In this document: one piece after another, positions 43,758 through 55,282 of the stretch | How the letters are laid out: each line of letters starts with the position of its first letter | Numbering within the stretch: position 1 is the stretch's first letter | NCBI GenBank assembly: GCA_000146045.2 | Contig: BK006945.2 | Location: 352,001-416,000 of the forward strand | DNA: 64,000 nucleotides | Reading direction: 5' to 3' | DNA from: TPA_inf: Saccharomyces | Taxonomy: Eukaryota | Notes under the pieces: model-generated | The model's database searches: none | What the model was told of the DNA's origin: nothing | Seen by the model: the letters and a program-made list of their open reading frames with translations, nothing else | Program-made: the position numbers and the translations under genes

Positions 43758-46319
43758 TCATGAGTTTTTATGCCCATTTTTCACTATTTCATATGAACCA
43801 TTGGCAATGTACTTCAGCCTACCCTCATCGGCCAGAGTGTTTAAATATCCCTCTAATTGTTGAAGAGTAATTCGGTTATATCCCCAATCTTTTGGCACGG
43901 TAATTTTCAAAAAAGAATGGATCTTATGAAGTTTCATTGCGCCTAAATTAGTCAGCATTCCTTCGATGAATGGCAGACTTCTTTGAAGTGTCAATTCATA
44001 TTTTCTTTCTATCTCAGAATCGTTATGTAGTTCATAGTTACTGTTCTCAATCTCCATTGGGGCGGTCTTTTGTGCTTGATCAAAATCCATCTCGCTATGT
44101 TCAATAACGGAATAGGTTCCATTTTCTTTTAAAAGCACACCTTTTTGAATCCAGAAATCTAACAAATGAGTTAGCCTGGGAGGAGCAATATTTAGTGACT
44201 CAGAAAGCTGCTCTAGTGATAAACAAATTGGCTCATCATTTGGAGAATCAAACTGATTTATTACGCTGCATTGTTCTAAAGAAACGTCTAACACTAATTT
44301 CCTACCATCTTTGAAAGCTAATTGTATTTCTACTTTTCCTTTATCTTTGCATAGTTGTAACTTGCGCCCAGGTTTCAGCTGTGAGTATATATCAGAATAC
44401 TTCTGTAGCTCCCTTTCTAAATCTATTGGTAAATGAAATGCAAGATCATTAGAACCTTGTGTATCGCAGTTGTACTTCCAGTAGAGGAGTGAGATAAATT
44501 TTGGAAATATTATGGGATCCAGTCCGGCTACTTCATGCATTTTACGGCAGAGCTCCTCGCTACATTTTATATCCCAAAGCATAACATCAATGCTATTCAA
44601 ATTCGACTGGTCTGCATCTGCTGCAGGGGCTGTTGTTTCTAGGAGTCCTAATATACCGTTTGTTATATAATTGGAATGACTTGTTTCTGTGAATTTGACT
44701 ATTTTTTCTCTTATTAATTTCAAACATCGGGTCCATTTTTCATCCAACGTATAAAATTTCAAAGTGAATAATCTGTCGGTTAAGAGATTTCGAAATTCTG
44801 ATATGAAAAATTCTCTTGATTCAAATAGATCCAAAAGCACCTCAAACAAATTTGTCTTAATATAACTTGATTTGATGTTACCGGGAATCATGTCATTAGG
44901 CTCTGGTACCCAAGCTATATAATAATTGAGTATATGTTCGTATAGCATGGCGTGTCTTATTGGTAGGTCCTTGTTCAATTCCCTCTTTCCTTTCACCTTG
45001 AGGTTCCATAGAAAGGGGCTTTTTTTATTCTTGTCCCTTTTGGTGATGTTCGTATCTTGATTGATATCAGAATCGTGCAAAGTGTCTACAAGTGAGAGCA
45101 GTGCCTTCATATCTACATTGAAATTAATTTTCTCCTTTAGTTCTTCTTCAGGTAAGTCCAACATTGCGTATAACAATACATTTACTAAGTGCTTCCGCTC
45201 CTGAAAGTAAGGTTTAACAAACGTGGTTATTGAATGTAGGCATCTCCCTGTTGGATCCAGGACCAAAAATGCTTTGATAGTTTTAACATATCTCAACAAA
45301 GCGTCCACCGTAGTTACGCTGGGGTTTAGAATGTATTTCTTGAAATCAGACAAAAAAGTTGTTACAATATTTGTGTAGTCTTTAAAATCTTTCATAATTT
45401 TCCTCAATTCCAATAAAGTAACCTTTGAATCAGGATAAGCCAAAACGCATATATCAAAGATTTCATTCGTTCTTATCCTAAGAAAATTGGACTCAAAACA
45501 GTTGAAAACTGTAGTGGTCAGTTCGTGATCATCCTCTGGACAACCGACTAATTTAGAGAACTGAGACCAATATTGATTAATAAATTTGTTGAATGTTTCC
45601 ATAATCATAAACCTTTTATTCCATACTCTACTCATGTTATCTTCACAAAATTTATTGATTTTGCTGTAAAGAGCATTGACTATCAATTCCGTAGAGGATA
45701 AGGAACCATTAGCAGATTTGAGCCATTGGATTAAATTGTCTGCCAGGTCGAAATCATCATCCATTATTAATTTGTCTAATCTTGTTCTTAAATTATTTTT
45801 GAACTTTATATTTCTATTCAACAGATAATGTCTTAAAGAATTAAGTTCAAGTGCCCAGTCGTTTACATTTACGTCAAAAATAGGAACGTAACGTAAAGGA
45901 AACTCGTAATAATTTTCCCATCGTTGGATATCTTTTAGATAATTAATGTTGTTAAAATGTAAGAAAAAATGATAACGAACCTGGAAAATATAAAACTCTT
46001 TGAGCGTGGAAAAAAGTTGTAGTTGTAACTCTTTGTTTGTATTTCCCTCATTAACTATTGAATTGTTTGCCTGACTAGTGTTTATCATGCTATATGGCGA
46101 TGTGGTTGCGTTATTAGGGAAGAGAACCTTAATGATATTCTTAATACGAAGGCTTGGAGGACGTAGTTGATGGTTACTCTTGGCATCATTAGGGCTCATC
46201 CATGTAAGTAAAGAGTTCAAATCATCGACTATGTTTGTGTGAAAGATGTATGAGGAAAGTGTTTGTAACTCATCTGTAATAACTTTCAAATCTCGAGTTG
46301 GGGTAATCTGAAATGACAT
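43758..46319 (-). CDS. APC2: Anaphase-promoting complex subunit 2, cullin-homology subunit (YLR127C), 853 aa
   Basis: ATG verified ([19 protein letters not shown]...). The C-terminal region has cullin homology and a winged helix. Length matches Apc2. Confidence 0.85.
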
Positions 46320-46529
46320 GATGGAAAAACCTTAACTATAAGCCATAAATATTTACAGTCCCGCTAAGTCTGGCTTTCGTCTAGTTTTCGATATTTTGGC
46401 TCTTTTGTCTATTACTGTTTTTGTAACCAAAGGTTTGAAAATTTAGATGCAACTAATGAACTTACGCAGTAACATGCAAGTACCCAATAAAAAAAGAAAT
46501 TTTTGAAGAGACGTTCTTGCATTCAGGAC

Positions 46530-47433
46530 ATGGTATGTTTTTAATTTCGTTTCTTTAGTTCTCAGGCTCTTCAAAGTACTAACACTTTATTGGCAAGGGG
46601 CGCTCAAATGTGATGCATCATTATAGAGTAATAATAAAATAAAAAGAAAGGATGCAAGCCCGGAACAAGAGGCAATTGAATCATTCACCTCATTAACCAA
46701 ATGTGACCCCAAGGTATCCAGGAAGTACCTGCAGCGTAATCACTGGAACATCAATTACGCTCTCAATGATTATTATGACAAGGAAATAGGGACGTTTACT
46801 GACGAGGTTTCAACTGTGGCTCATCCACCCGTATACCCGAAGGAGCTAACACAGGTATTTGAACACTATATCAATAACAACTTGTTTGATATAGACTCAC
46901 TGGTCAAGTTCATTGAGGAGCTAGGCTACAATCTTGAAGATTTAGCGACATTATGCTTAGCCCATTTACTGGGGTACAAGAAACTAGAAGAACCCTTAAA
47001 ACGAGAGGACTTCCTGTCAACATGGTTTATGCAAGGCTGTTCCACCATTTCAGACATGCAAGAGTGCATCAAGACGTTAGATGTTAAATTACATGAAGAC
47101 TTACAATATTTCACACAGATTTATAACTATGCTTTCAATTTGATTCTGGACCCAAATCGAAAGGATATAGATACAGACGAAGGCATCCAGTATTGGAAGC
47201 TATTTTTCCAACCAGAGTACCCAGTGCGTATGGAACCAGATTTGCTTGAGGCATGGTTCCGTTTCCTTCGCGATGAGGGGAAAACCACTATAAGTAAAGA
47301 CACCTGGCGTATGCTGCTCCTCTTTTTCAAACGATACCCCACTATTCAGAAAATAATAAGCGATTACGACGAAACTGCAGCCTGGCCATTTATTATCGAT
47401 GAGTTCTATGAGTGCTTACAGGATCAGCAATAA
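46530..47433 (+). CDS. DCN1: Cullin neddylation scaffold Dcn1 (YLR128W), 269 aa, spliced: join(46530..46532, 46627..47433)
   Basis: Exon 1 is the ATG alone, followed at once by GTATGT (46533). The branchpoint TACTAAC is at 46577-46583 and the 3' splice site is the AG at 46625-46626. Exon 2 then continues in frame as SNNKIKRKDASPEQEAIESF...NDYYDKE (UBA domain) followed by the PONY domain. The spliced product is exactly 269 aa. The ORF track shows only 205 aa from an internal GTG. Confidence 0.85.
46533..46626 (+). other. DCN1 intron (94 nt) with canonical GTATGT, TACTAAC and AG signals
   Basis: The splice signals are exact yeast consensus, and an in-frame stop at 46624-46626 shows the coding frame cannot extend further upstream unspliced. 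An alternative AG at 46596-46597 lies 14 nt past the branch A. Confidence 0.8.
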
Positions 47434-47656
47434 ACATCCTTTCATATACTTAAGGGTATGCTGTTTAATATTGCATGGAATACGTTACCCTTCTAAGATA
47501 GATGGGAATAAGGCGGAAATAAAAAACGCGATGAGCAGTGGAAAATTTTTCAGAAATTTTCAGTTCCCTCATAATATAGATGTAGATATTGTATAAGGTC
47601 GTACGTATATCAGAGTAGCCACTAGAAGGACCAGAGAAACTGGAATAAGAGCTATT

Positions 47657-50488
47657 ATGGTCAAATCATACCAACGTTTTGAGCAAGCAGCTGCTTTTGG
47701 TGTAATAGCCTCCAATGCCAATTGTGTTTGGATACCTGCGTCATCCGGAAATAGTAATGGTAGTGGACCAGGACAATTGATTACGAGTGCTCTCGAGGAC
47801 GTTAATATATGGGATATTAAGACCGGGGATTTGGTCAGTAAATTATCCGATGGCTTACCTCCAGGCGCATCTGATGCTAGAGGCGCCAAGCCAGCCGAGT
47901 GTACATATTTGGAGGCTCATAAAGATACGGATTTATTAGCTGTCGGTTACGCAGATGGTGTCATTAAAGTTTGGGATTTGATGTCTAAGACTGTGCTTTT
48001 GAATTTTAACGGTCACAAAGCAGCTATAACATTATTACAATTTGATGGGACTGGCACAAGATTAATTTCTGGTTCCAAGGACTCCAATATCATTGTATGG
48101 GATCTTGTTGGAGAAGTTGGTCTTTATAAACTTAGATCACACAAGGATTCCATTACTGGCTTTTGGTGTCAAGGAGAAGATTGGCTGATCAGCACCTCCA
48201 AAGATGGAATGATCAAGCTATGGGACCTAAAAACACATCAATGTATAGAGACACATATTGCGCATACTGGAGAGTGTTGGGGCCTTGCAGTGAAGGATGA
48301 TTTACTGATCACAACTGGTACTGATAGTCAAGTAAAAATTTGGAAACTGGATATAGAAAATGACAAAATGGGGGGGAAACTAACAGAGATGGGTATTTTC
48401 GAAAAGCAAAGTAAGCAACGTGGGTTAAAGATTGAGTTCATAACAAATTCGTCTGACAAAACCTCTTTTTTTTACATCCAAAATGCTGATAAAACCATCG
48501 AGACTTTCAGAATTAGAAAAGAAGAAGAAATAGCAAGAGGTTTAAAGAAAAGAGAGAAGAGGCTAAAAGAAAAGGGGTTGACAGAAGAAGAAATTGCAAA
48601 ATCTATTAAAGAATCCTACTCCTCCTTTATATTGCATCCTTTTCAAACCATAAGATCATTGTATAAAATAAAATCTGCATCATGGACAACGGTCTCAAGT
48701 TCCAAACTTGAGTTGGTATTAACTACATCGAGTAATACCATAGAGTATTATTCCATTCCATATGAAAAAAGAGACCCAACAAGCCCTGCTCCTCTCAAGA
48801 CACATACTATTGAATTGCAAGGGCAAAGAACGGATGTGCGTAGTATTGACATCAGTGATGATAACAAATTACTTGCCACAGCATCCAATGGTTCATTGAA
48901 AATATGGAATATCAAAACACATAAATGTATCAGAACTTTCGAATGTGGGTATGCATTAACTTGTAAGTTTTTGCCAGGTGGGCTACTAGTCATACTGGGT
49001 ACAAGAAACGGGGAGTTACAGCTCTTTGATCTAGCATCATCAAGTCTTTTGGATACCATTGAAGATGCACATGATGCGGCAATTTGGTCGCTAGATCTGA
49101 CCTCAGATGGTAAACGATTAGTGACCGGATCTGCCGATAAAACTGTCAAGTTTTGGGATTTCAAAGTTGAAAATAGCCTAGTGCCAGGTACCAAGAACAA
49201 ATTCCTGCCTGTTTTAAAACTGCACCATGATACAACTTTGGAATTAACTGACGACATTTTATGTGTACGGGTTTCTCCTGACGATAGATATCTAGCCATC
49301 TCGTTGCTGGATAATACTGTTAAGGTATTCTTTTTGGACTCAATGAAGTTTTACCTAAGTTTATATGGGCACAAATTACCTGTACTATCTATCGATATTT
49401 CATTTGATTCTAAGATGATTATTACGTCTTCCGCAGACAAAAATATCAAGATTTGGGGTTTAGATTTTGGTGACTGTCACAAGTCTTTATTTGCCCATCA
49501 GGATTCGATTATGAACGTTAAATTCTTACCACAGTCTCACAACTTCTTTAGTTGTTCTAAAGACGCAGTGGTGAAATATTGGGATGGCGAGAAATTTGAA
49601 TGCATTCAAAAACTATACGCTCATCAGAGCGAAGTTTGGGCTTTGGCGGTTGCTACTGATGGCGGCTTTGTTGTTTCTTCATCCCATGATCACAGTATAA
49701 GAATCTGGGAAGAAACCGAGGACCAGGTATTTTTAGAAGAGGAAAAGGAGAAAGAACTTGAAGAACAGTACGAGGATACATTGCTAACTTCTTTGGAAGA
49801 AGGAAACGGTGATGATGCATTTAAAGCTGATGCATCGGGTGAAGGCGTTGAAGATGAAGCATCCGGTGTTCATAAACAGACTTTAGAATCGTTAAAGGCT
49901 GGTGAAAGACTTATGGAGGCGCTAGATTTAGGAATTGCTGAGATTGAAGGTTTAGAGGCATATAACAGAGATATGAAGCTATGGCAAAGAAAGAAGTTGG
50001 GTGAAGCGCCAATAAAACCACAGGGTAACGCTGTTCTAATTGCTGTGAATAAAACTCCTGAGCAATATATTATGGATACCCTGTTAAGAATAAGAATGTC
50101 TCAGTTAGAAGATGCACTGATGGTTATGCCATTCTCATATGTCCTCAAATTTTTAAAATTTATTGATACCGTTATGCAAAACAAAACTTTGCTGCACTCT
50201 CACTTACCATTAATTTGCAAGAATTTATTTTTCATTATCAAATTTAATCATAAAGAATTGGTTTCTCAGAAAAATGAAGAATTGAAATTGCAAATAAATA
50301 GAGTAAAGACTGAATTAAGAAGTGCATTAAAATCTACCGAGGATGATCTAGGCTTTAATGTTCAAGGGTTGAAATTCGTCAAGCAACAATGGAATCTAAG
50401 GCATAACTACGAATTCGTTGACGAATATGACCAACAGGAGAAAGAGAGTAATAGTGCAAGGAAGAGAGTTTTCGGGACCGTTATATAA
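47657..50488 (+). CDS. DIP2: U3 snoRNP / SSU processome WD40 protein Dip2/Utp12 (YLR129W), 943 aa
   Basis: ATG at 47657. Multiple WD40 repeats are present (e.g. LISGSKDSNIIVWDL, LVTGSADKTVKFWD), and the C-terminal region is of Utp12 type. Length is 943 aa. Confidence 0.88.
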   Translation: MVKSYQRFEQAAAFGVIASNANCVWIPASSGNSNGSGPGQLITSALEDVNIWDIKTGDLVSKLSDGLPPGASDARGAKPAECTYLEAHKDTDLLAVGYADGVIKVWDLMSKTVLLNFNGHKAAITLLQFDGTGTRLISGSKDSNIIVWDLVGEVGLYKLRSHKDSITGFWCQGEDWLISTSKDGMIKLWDLKTHQCIETHIAHTGECWGLAVKDDLLITTGTDSQVKIWKLDIENDKMGGKLTEMGIFEKQSKQRGLKIEFITNSSDKTSFFYIQNADKTIETFRIRKEEEIARGLKKREKRLKEKGLTEEEIAKSIKESYSSFILHPFQTIRSLYKIKSASWTTVSSSKLELVLTTSSNTIEYYSIPYEKRDPTSPAPLKTHTIELQGQRTDVRSIDISDDNKLLATASNGSLKIWNIKTHKCIRTFECGYALTCKFLPGGLLVILGTRNGELQLFDLASSSLLDTIEDAHDAAIWSLDLTSDGKRLVTGSADKTVKFWDFKVENSLVPGTKNKFLPVLKLHHDTTLELTDDILCVRVSPDDRYLAISLLDNTVKVFFLDSMKFYLSLYGHKLPVLSIDISFDSKMIITSSADKNIKIWGLDFGDCHKSLFAHQDSIMNVKFLPQSHNFFSCSKDAVVKYWDGEKFECIQKLYAHQSEVWALAVATDGGFVVSSSHDHSIRIWEETEDQVFLEEEKEKELEEQYEDTLLTSLEEGNGDDAFKADASGEGVEDEASGVHKQTLESLKAGERLMEALDLGIAEIEGLEAYNRDMKLWQRKKLGEAPIKPQGNAVLIAVNKTPEQYIMDTLLRIRMSQLEDALMVMPFSYVLKFLKFIDTVMQNKTLLHSHLPLICKNLFFIIKFNHKELVSQKNEELKLQINRVKTELRSALKSTEDDLGFNVQGLKFVKQQWNLRHNYEFVDEYDQQEKESNSARKRVFGTVI

Positions 50489-50793
50489 TAAAACTATTAT
50501 CCTACATAATACCGGCATTACTCTGCCCTTTTCACACTTCAAAAGGATAGATTAAATTATCTGTATATTATACAATTCCAATCATAAAAATTGTCATTCC
50601 GATTGCCCTTCGGTAATAATGGGCATATCCAAATAACGGAATATGTGTTTTTTATACTTATTGGTCGCTGACATATGCTGTTTTTTGCGAGATGTCTCTC
50701 GTCTCTGCAGAGCAGTTGTAAAATTATAGGTCATGCATTTTTTTTTTTTTGATAATGAATAACTATCTAATCTAACAAAATATACGTGAGATA

Positions 50794-52062
50794 CTATGCC
50801 CATTTCCCTAGAAGAGCCATTAAAGCAGCTCCACAACACATGATGAGATATGCACTAAGCATTTTTTTGAGGCCATCAGGTCCTTTGAATTGATTAGAGT
50901 ATAAGAATTCATGAGCCATTAATTCGACTAGTCCAGTATAAATAAGAATTCCTGATGATATCGAGTCAAAAACACCATTAGCAATTAATGCTCTTCTAGA
51001 GCCAGGTATCCAAGAGTGTCTGACACCAATACCTACCGCGACTGCTATGGGTGACGTTAAAGTGAAGGCTAATCCCATTAACCAAGGCATGTACTTCTTA
51101 CTTTCTGGCCAATTCGTTTCGGCAACTCTTGTGCCTAGACCCAAACCTTCGAACATTTGGTGGAAAGTTAAAACGATAAATAAGGTTTCGAATTCTTCAC
51201 CCGCGACAGATAGCGAAAGACCCACAAATACAGAGTGAAAGATGATGCCAAATTCTAGAATAAAAACAGCTAGTATCTGATTGAGATACTGCTCTTTATC
51301 TTCCTCCTCGATACGTGTGGCCAACTGGGAGACATCTTGATGGTCATTTTCGTGAGAATAATGATCTTTTCCAGGTACAGAAGCGAGATTTGTCGCATGG
51401 GAACTGGTTGGAACTAGTTCATTAGCTAGTGACTCTGTTTTTCCCGGTTCCAGATCATAATTAGTAACATTTGAGCCGGGTTCTTTTTCCTTTATAGGAG
51501 TAGCGACAATCTCTTCATTTCTAGTAGTGTACGGAGTTTTGTCATTATGGATGGAGTAGGCAGCTTCGTTATTGAAAGATACAGGATCCGAGTCCATATT
51601 TCTGATGACAAATCCCGAACTGGGAGCATCAACATCAATACTGGTAACTTCCCCATGGTCCCCATGATCGTGTCCCAGCGTTTTCGCTACAAAATAATGC
51701 GTGATGATTTCAGTGAAGAAAAGTAAGAAAAGCGACATTAAACAGATCCCAAAAGCCCATGGATATTCGGCAAATGTGCCACCAAGACATTCATCTCCCA
51801 GAGCTTCGGCTGCGGGCTGTAGAAGATGAACGAACGCTGTGGCAACAATGACACCAGAACCGAAGAACTTCGCTATGAAAAAGCACCAATTTGGTAGCCT
51901 TATAAACGAATACCGTGATGACAAAATTGGGAAATAAACTCCCAATCCTGACGATATCAGTATAATGAATACTGCCAGAATTCTAAGACCTGCGTGCCCA
52001 TTGTAGCCGTTAGAAGCTTGGCAAGTATCTACGGAGTCATCCCTCGCTATAAGATCAACCAT
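50794..52062 (-). CDS. ZRT2: Low-affinity plasma-membrane zinc transporter, ZIP family (YLR130C), 422 aa
   Basis: ATG verified (MVDLIARDDS...). It has a His-rich loop HDHGDHGE, and ZIP-signature helices with HSVFVGLSL and HQMFEGLGLG. Confidence 0.9.
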   Translation of the reverse strand: MVDLIARDDSVDTCQASNGYNGHAGLRILAVFIILISSGLGVYFPILSSRYSFIRLPNWCFFIAKFFGSGVIVATAFVHLLQPAAEALGDECLGGTFAEYPWAFGICLMSLFLLFFTEIITHYFVAKTLGHDHGDHGEVTSIDVDAPSSGFVIRNMDSDPVSFNNEAAYSIHNDKTPYTTRNEEIVATPIKEKEPGSNVTNYDLEPGKTESLANELVPTSSHATNLASVPGKDHYSHENDHQDVSQLATRIEEEDKEQYLNQILAVFILEFGIIFHSVFVGLSLSVAGEEFETLFIVLTFHQMFEGLGLGTRVAETNWPESKKYMPWLMGLAFTLTSPIAVAVGIGVRHSWIPGSRRALIANGVFDSISSGILIYTGLVELMAHEFLYSNQFKGPDGLKKMLSAYLIMCCGAALMALLGKWA

Positions 52063-52313
52063 ACTTTCGAATATGCAGTGTCACTTGGAAACGCCTGCAA
52101 TGTTTTCTTTGGTTGATGCACCGTTGTATTTTCGGAGATCAACTTTAGCTTTCTTCCGGTCTAACCAACAGGGTGTATGATTCAATAAACAGTATCATCA
52201 TATATAGTGGGTTTTAGATCGTGTCTCCCAAAAGGTTGCGTCATTTAAAATCGTCACACTGTGTTTTACCAAAGGATGTGTGAAGCTGGTTTGTAGTAGT
52301 TAAAGGGCAATGT

Positions 52314-52324
52314 ACCCTAAAGGT
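52314..52324 (+). promoter_or_regulatory. Zap1 zinc-responsive element ACCCTAAAGGT in the ZRT2 promoter
   Basis: It is an exact match to the ZRE consensus ACCYYNAAGGT, about 250 bp upstream of the ZRT2 ATG. Confidence 0.7.
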
Positions 52325-52362
52325 TGTGAAAAATTTTCATTTTCGAGAAGGAGTCGCATATA

Positions 52363-52373
52363 ACCTTTAGGGT
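52363..52373 (+). promoter_or_regulatory. Second Zap1 ZRE, ACCTTTAGGGT, the exact reverse complement of the first
   Basis: The same 11-mer occurs in inverted orientation 49 bp away. A weaker ZRE-like TCCCAAAAGGT lies at about 52226-52236, near TATATAG at about 52202-52208. Confidence 0.65.
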
Positions 52374-52509
52374 TATGTCCCTATAAACGATGACTATTGC
52401 CTTTTTTGGCCCTTAAGACTACAGTGTACGTAAATCGTAAAGAAATAAATGTATTATATTATTGTTACTATTATTTATTATGTTAATATCATGCATAGAT
52501 AAATGTTCG

Positions 52510-54822
52510 TCAGAGAGCATCAGTTTCGTTTGAAAGGGTGCGGTTCGAGTTTTGCTCGTGCGCTGCTGTGGATGGGGGTGGATCCAGTAATCCATGTTTG
52601 CGCATATCATCTCGCAGCTGTTCCTCCATTTTCATTAGGACGCTCCCATCTTTATCCCGGGCGATAGTTTCTTTTACGGGACTTGTGTCATGCGGGCTGT
52701 CAAGCAGGCTTTTTTTGGGAGATGTAAGTTTCTTGTTGATCGAATGTTCTAATTTCTTACCGCCGGTGCAAATCATCCGACTTCTATGCACCATTAGAGC
52801 ATCCTCCCTATTAAATCTCTTTCCGCATGGGCAGATGTATTTCTTGGCATTATGGGAGATTTTGTGTCTTATTAAATCATGATTGCGAACAAACGCCTTG
52901 GTGCAACCGGGAAAGTCGCATGAATACGGTCTATCTTGCAAATGTGTCTGAATATGCGACCTTATGTTGTATCTACGCTTGAATACTTTGTTACAGTTAG
53001 GGTATAAGCACTCGAATAGTTTGTCGGGTAGTTCCTTGACGTACTGGTCAATGGTACCCGGAGGCAGAGTAGTTGGTTTCTTGGTTATTTTCATTGGCGT
53101 AGTCCTAGGTATTATTTCATCTGGTAAAGGAGACGTACTATGCAAAGTGGGGCTTTTGTGAATATCATGTGTGACAGGTGGTACTTGCGGATAGCTTTCC
53201 ACTTCACAGTGACTGTTATTTCGTATGGGTGTCTTAATTTCTAACTGATGATCTGTTAAATCCGGTGCATTTAGAAGCGGAGCTAGGTTACTTCCGTTCT
53301 TTGGTGGAGCTTTGACGGGAGTATGTTGAAATACATGTTTTTGTGGCAAAGAATTCTTAATTGGAGTGTTATTGCTGGAACCAGGAATAGGAGGTAGTAC
53401 ACTTGATGACGCTAAAGCGTTTGCATTTCTTAATGTTGGGTTCTGGGTATTTCGCATGTGGATGGGTTCAGTGTCATCCTGCAGTTGTGATATTGTCGAG
53501 ACCGTGGAAACTACGGATTCCCTTTTCTTGTGGATAGGTGACAACTGTGTTCTAGGCGTGAACGTGCCAGCAGCATATCGATCATCCCTGCTTTTATCTG
53601 TGCCGACGAGGAAGGGCGATCTCAAACTATTTCCATTTATCCTTGGAGAGATACTTAGCCCACCCGGGGAAGTCTTTTCGAACAGACGGAATATGTTATC
53701 ACCAGTACTATTTTTTTTATCATTATTGTTTTTATCACTGGTGTTATTATGGTCATTATAAGTCAAGCCGTCCAAGTTTAAATTATAATTTTGTGGAGAA
53801 AATGAAAGCAGTTCAGAATCTCTCAAATAACCACTGTTAGAGGAAAAAAGGTTCAATCCATTACTTTCTGGGCTTTTATTTGGATATCGTTGCCTATGGT
53901 ATTTCCTGGATGGTGAACCATTTATTGAAGTATTTGACATCCGAGGCGATATTAACGTCGGAGGAGGAAATTGATATCCGCCATTTGCAGAGTTCGTTGT
54001 GACGATTATAGCATTATCTTTCATTCTACCGTTTTGCATGGCAGGTGTCTTTAGTATTACTGGAGATCCAGGTTTGGAATTAGAATTTGTAGCCCCAGAA
54101 ACCAACTTCTGCGCCACCTCTTCTTGCTCTTCTAATACTTTACGCAACTTTTCTTGCTGTATTTGATTGTCTCTCAACTGCTTCTCCAATTTTTCGTTCA
54201 CTTCCTTTTGTTTTTCAAGAGCAATTCTTAACTCCTCCTGCTGTTTCAACAAAACTTGGCTCAAATAGCTATTTTCACCATCATTTTCCCTTATATGGTC
54301 AAAGTCATCATTGTTATTTTTTACCGTATTATGATTACCCAATTCATTTATGAGTTCCATGGGTTGCGGATCTTTAGACATATTTAGAATGGATTGCTGT
54401 AAACTGGAAATACTCAATGTCTTATTATGGCCGAGAAATCCAAATATCGCTGTGCCACTTAGACCTCTCTTGTGTGAGGACATTGATTTTTTGCTATAGT
54501 GGGAGACTTTGTTGTTTTCATCACCAAGGTTCCAAGTTCTATCAATATTCTTTTTATCAGAAGAACCATCGCCCGTCTTAGGAGAAGGCACTAAAGGAAT
54601 ATCCAGATCTCTTAACTCTTGAGTCAACAGGTCATCGATGTTATAGTAGTCCATACCTAACAAGTTATCGAGGCCATCATCGTTTTCATTATTCAAAATA
54701 TAATTGTCGGGTGGGGGTATGGTAGGATTGACATTATCATGATGTTGAACATACTCCTCATCTTGAGTGTCTTTCGCGAAGCCTGAGGGATTTATATACC
54801 ACGGATCTACAACGTTATCCAT
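52510..54822 (-). CDS. ACE2: Daughter-cell-specific C2H2 zinc-finger transcription factor (YLR131C), 770 aa
   Basis: ATG verified (MDNVVDPWYINPSGF...). Three C-terminal C2H2 fingers are present: CLYPNCNKVFKRRYNIRSHIQTH, CDFPGCTKAFVRNHDLIRHKISH and CPCGKRFNREDALMVH. Confidence 0.92.
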   Translation of the reverse strand: MDNVVDPWYINPSGFAKDTQDEEYVQHHDNVNPTIPPPDNYILNNENDDGLDNLLGMDYYNIDDLLTQELRDLDIPLVPSPKTGDGSSDKKNIDRTWNLGDENNKVSHYSKKSMSSHKRGLSGTAIFGFLGHNKTLSISSLQQSILNMSKDPQPMELINELGNHNTVKNNNDDFDHIRENDGENSYLSQVLLKQQEELRIALEKQKEVNEKLEKQLRDNQIQQEKLRKVLEEQEEVAQKLVSGATNSNSKPGSPVILKTPAMQNGRMKDNAIIVTTNSANGGYQFPPPTLISPRMSNTSINGSPSRKYHRQRYPNKSPESNGLNLFSSNSGYLRDSELLSFSPQNYNLNLDGLTYNDHNNTSDKNNNDKKNSTGDNIFRLFEKTSPGGLSISPRINGNSLRSPFLVGTDKSRDDRYAAGTFTPRTQLSPIHKKRESVVSTVSTISQLQDDTEPIHMRNTQNPTLRNANALASSSVLPPIPGSSNNTPIKNSLPQKHVFQHTPVKAPPKNGSNLAPLLNAPDLTDHQLEIKTPIRNNSHCEVESYPQVPPVTHDIHKSPTLHSTSPLPDEIIPRTTPMKITKKPTTLPPGTIDQYVKELPDKLFECLYPNCNKVFKRRYNIRSHIQTHLQDRPYSCDFPGCTKAFVRNHDLIRHKISHNAKKYICPCGKRFNREDALMVHRSRMICTGGKKLEHSINKKLTSPKKSLLDSPHDTSPVKETIARDKDGSVLMKMEEQLRDDMRKHGLLDPPPSTAAHEQNSNRTLSNETDAL

Positions 54823-55282
54823 GATTGTATTAACACCGTTTTTGGTCCTATAGATTTCTTTAGTTATTTCTTGAATTTATGCCTTGTATTTTTTTCTTCT
54901 AGCACTTTAACTGTTGCTTGAGTCTCCCTGCAACGTAGCTTTTGTTTGCTAGGTACAATGCCGAGAGAGGTTGTTATAAGTTTATGTGTACTATAAAACC
55001 CTTAATGAAAGAAAAGGGACAGAAATATTGCGAGTAAACAAACAGTACTCCCTCCTTAATATTTGCCCGTTAATGGCTAAATGCTTTCTGGAGTTGATTT
55101 ACTAGCTACAAGCATCCTTATCCTTTACCTGTAAACCAAAAGTGTCCTGAAATTTTCCCAAAGTGCCAATGTTTACATTTTGCCGTTTTGAGATATATAT
55201 CGTATATTATGACAACCTTCACCTATCTGACGAGCCGCTCTCAGTGCCCCGGTATTTTTGGGCGGCTATTCCTATAACACTA

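Noticed and set aside
48748-49299. A 183-aa minus-strand ORF inside DIP2, and similar antisense ORFs inside AVL9, MSL5, CLF1, YPS1, YPS3 and ACE2
   Set aside because: Each lies wholly within a longer, clearly protein-like ORF on the other strand, and none has domain-like sequence.
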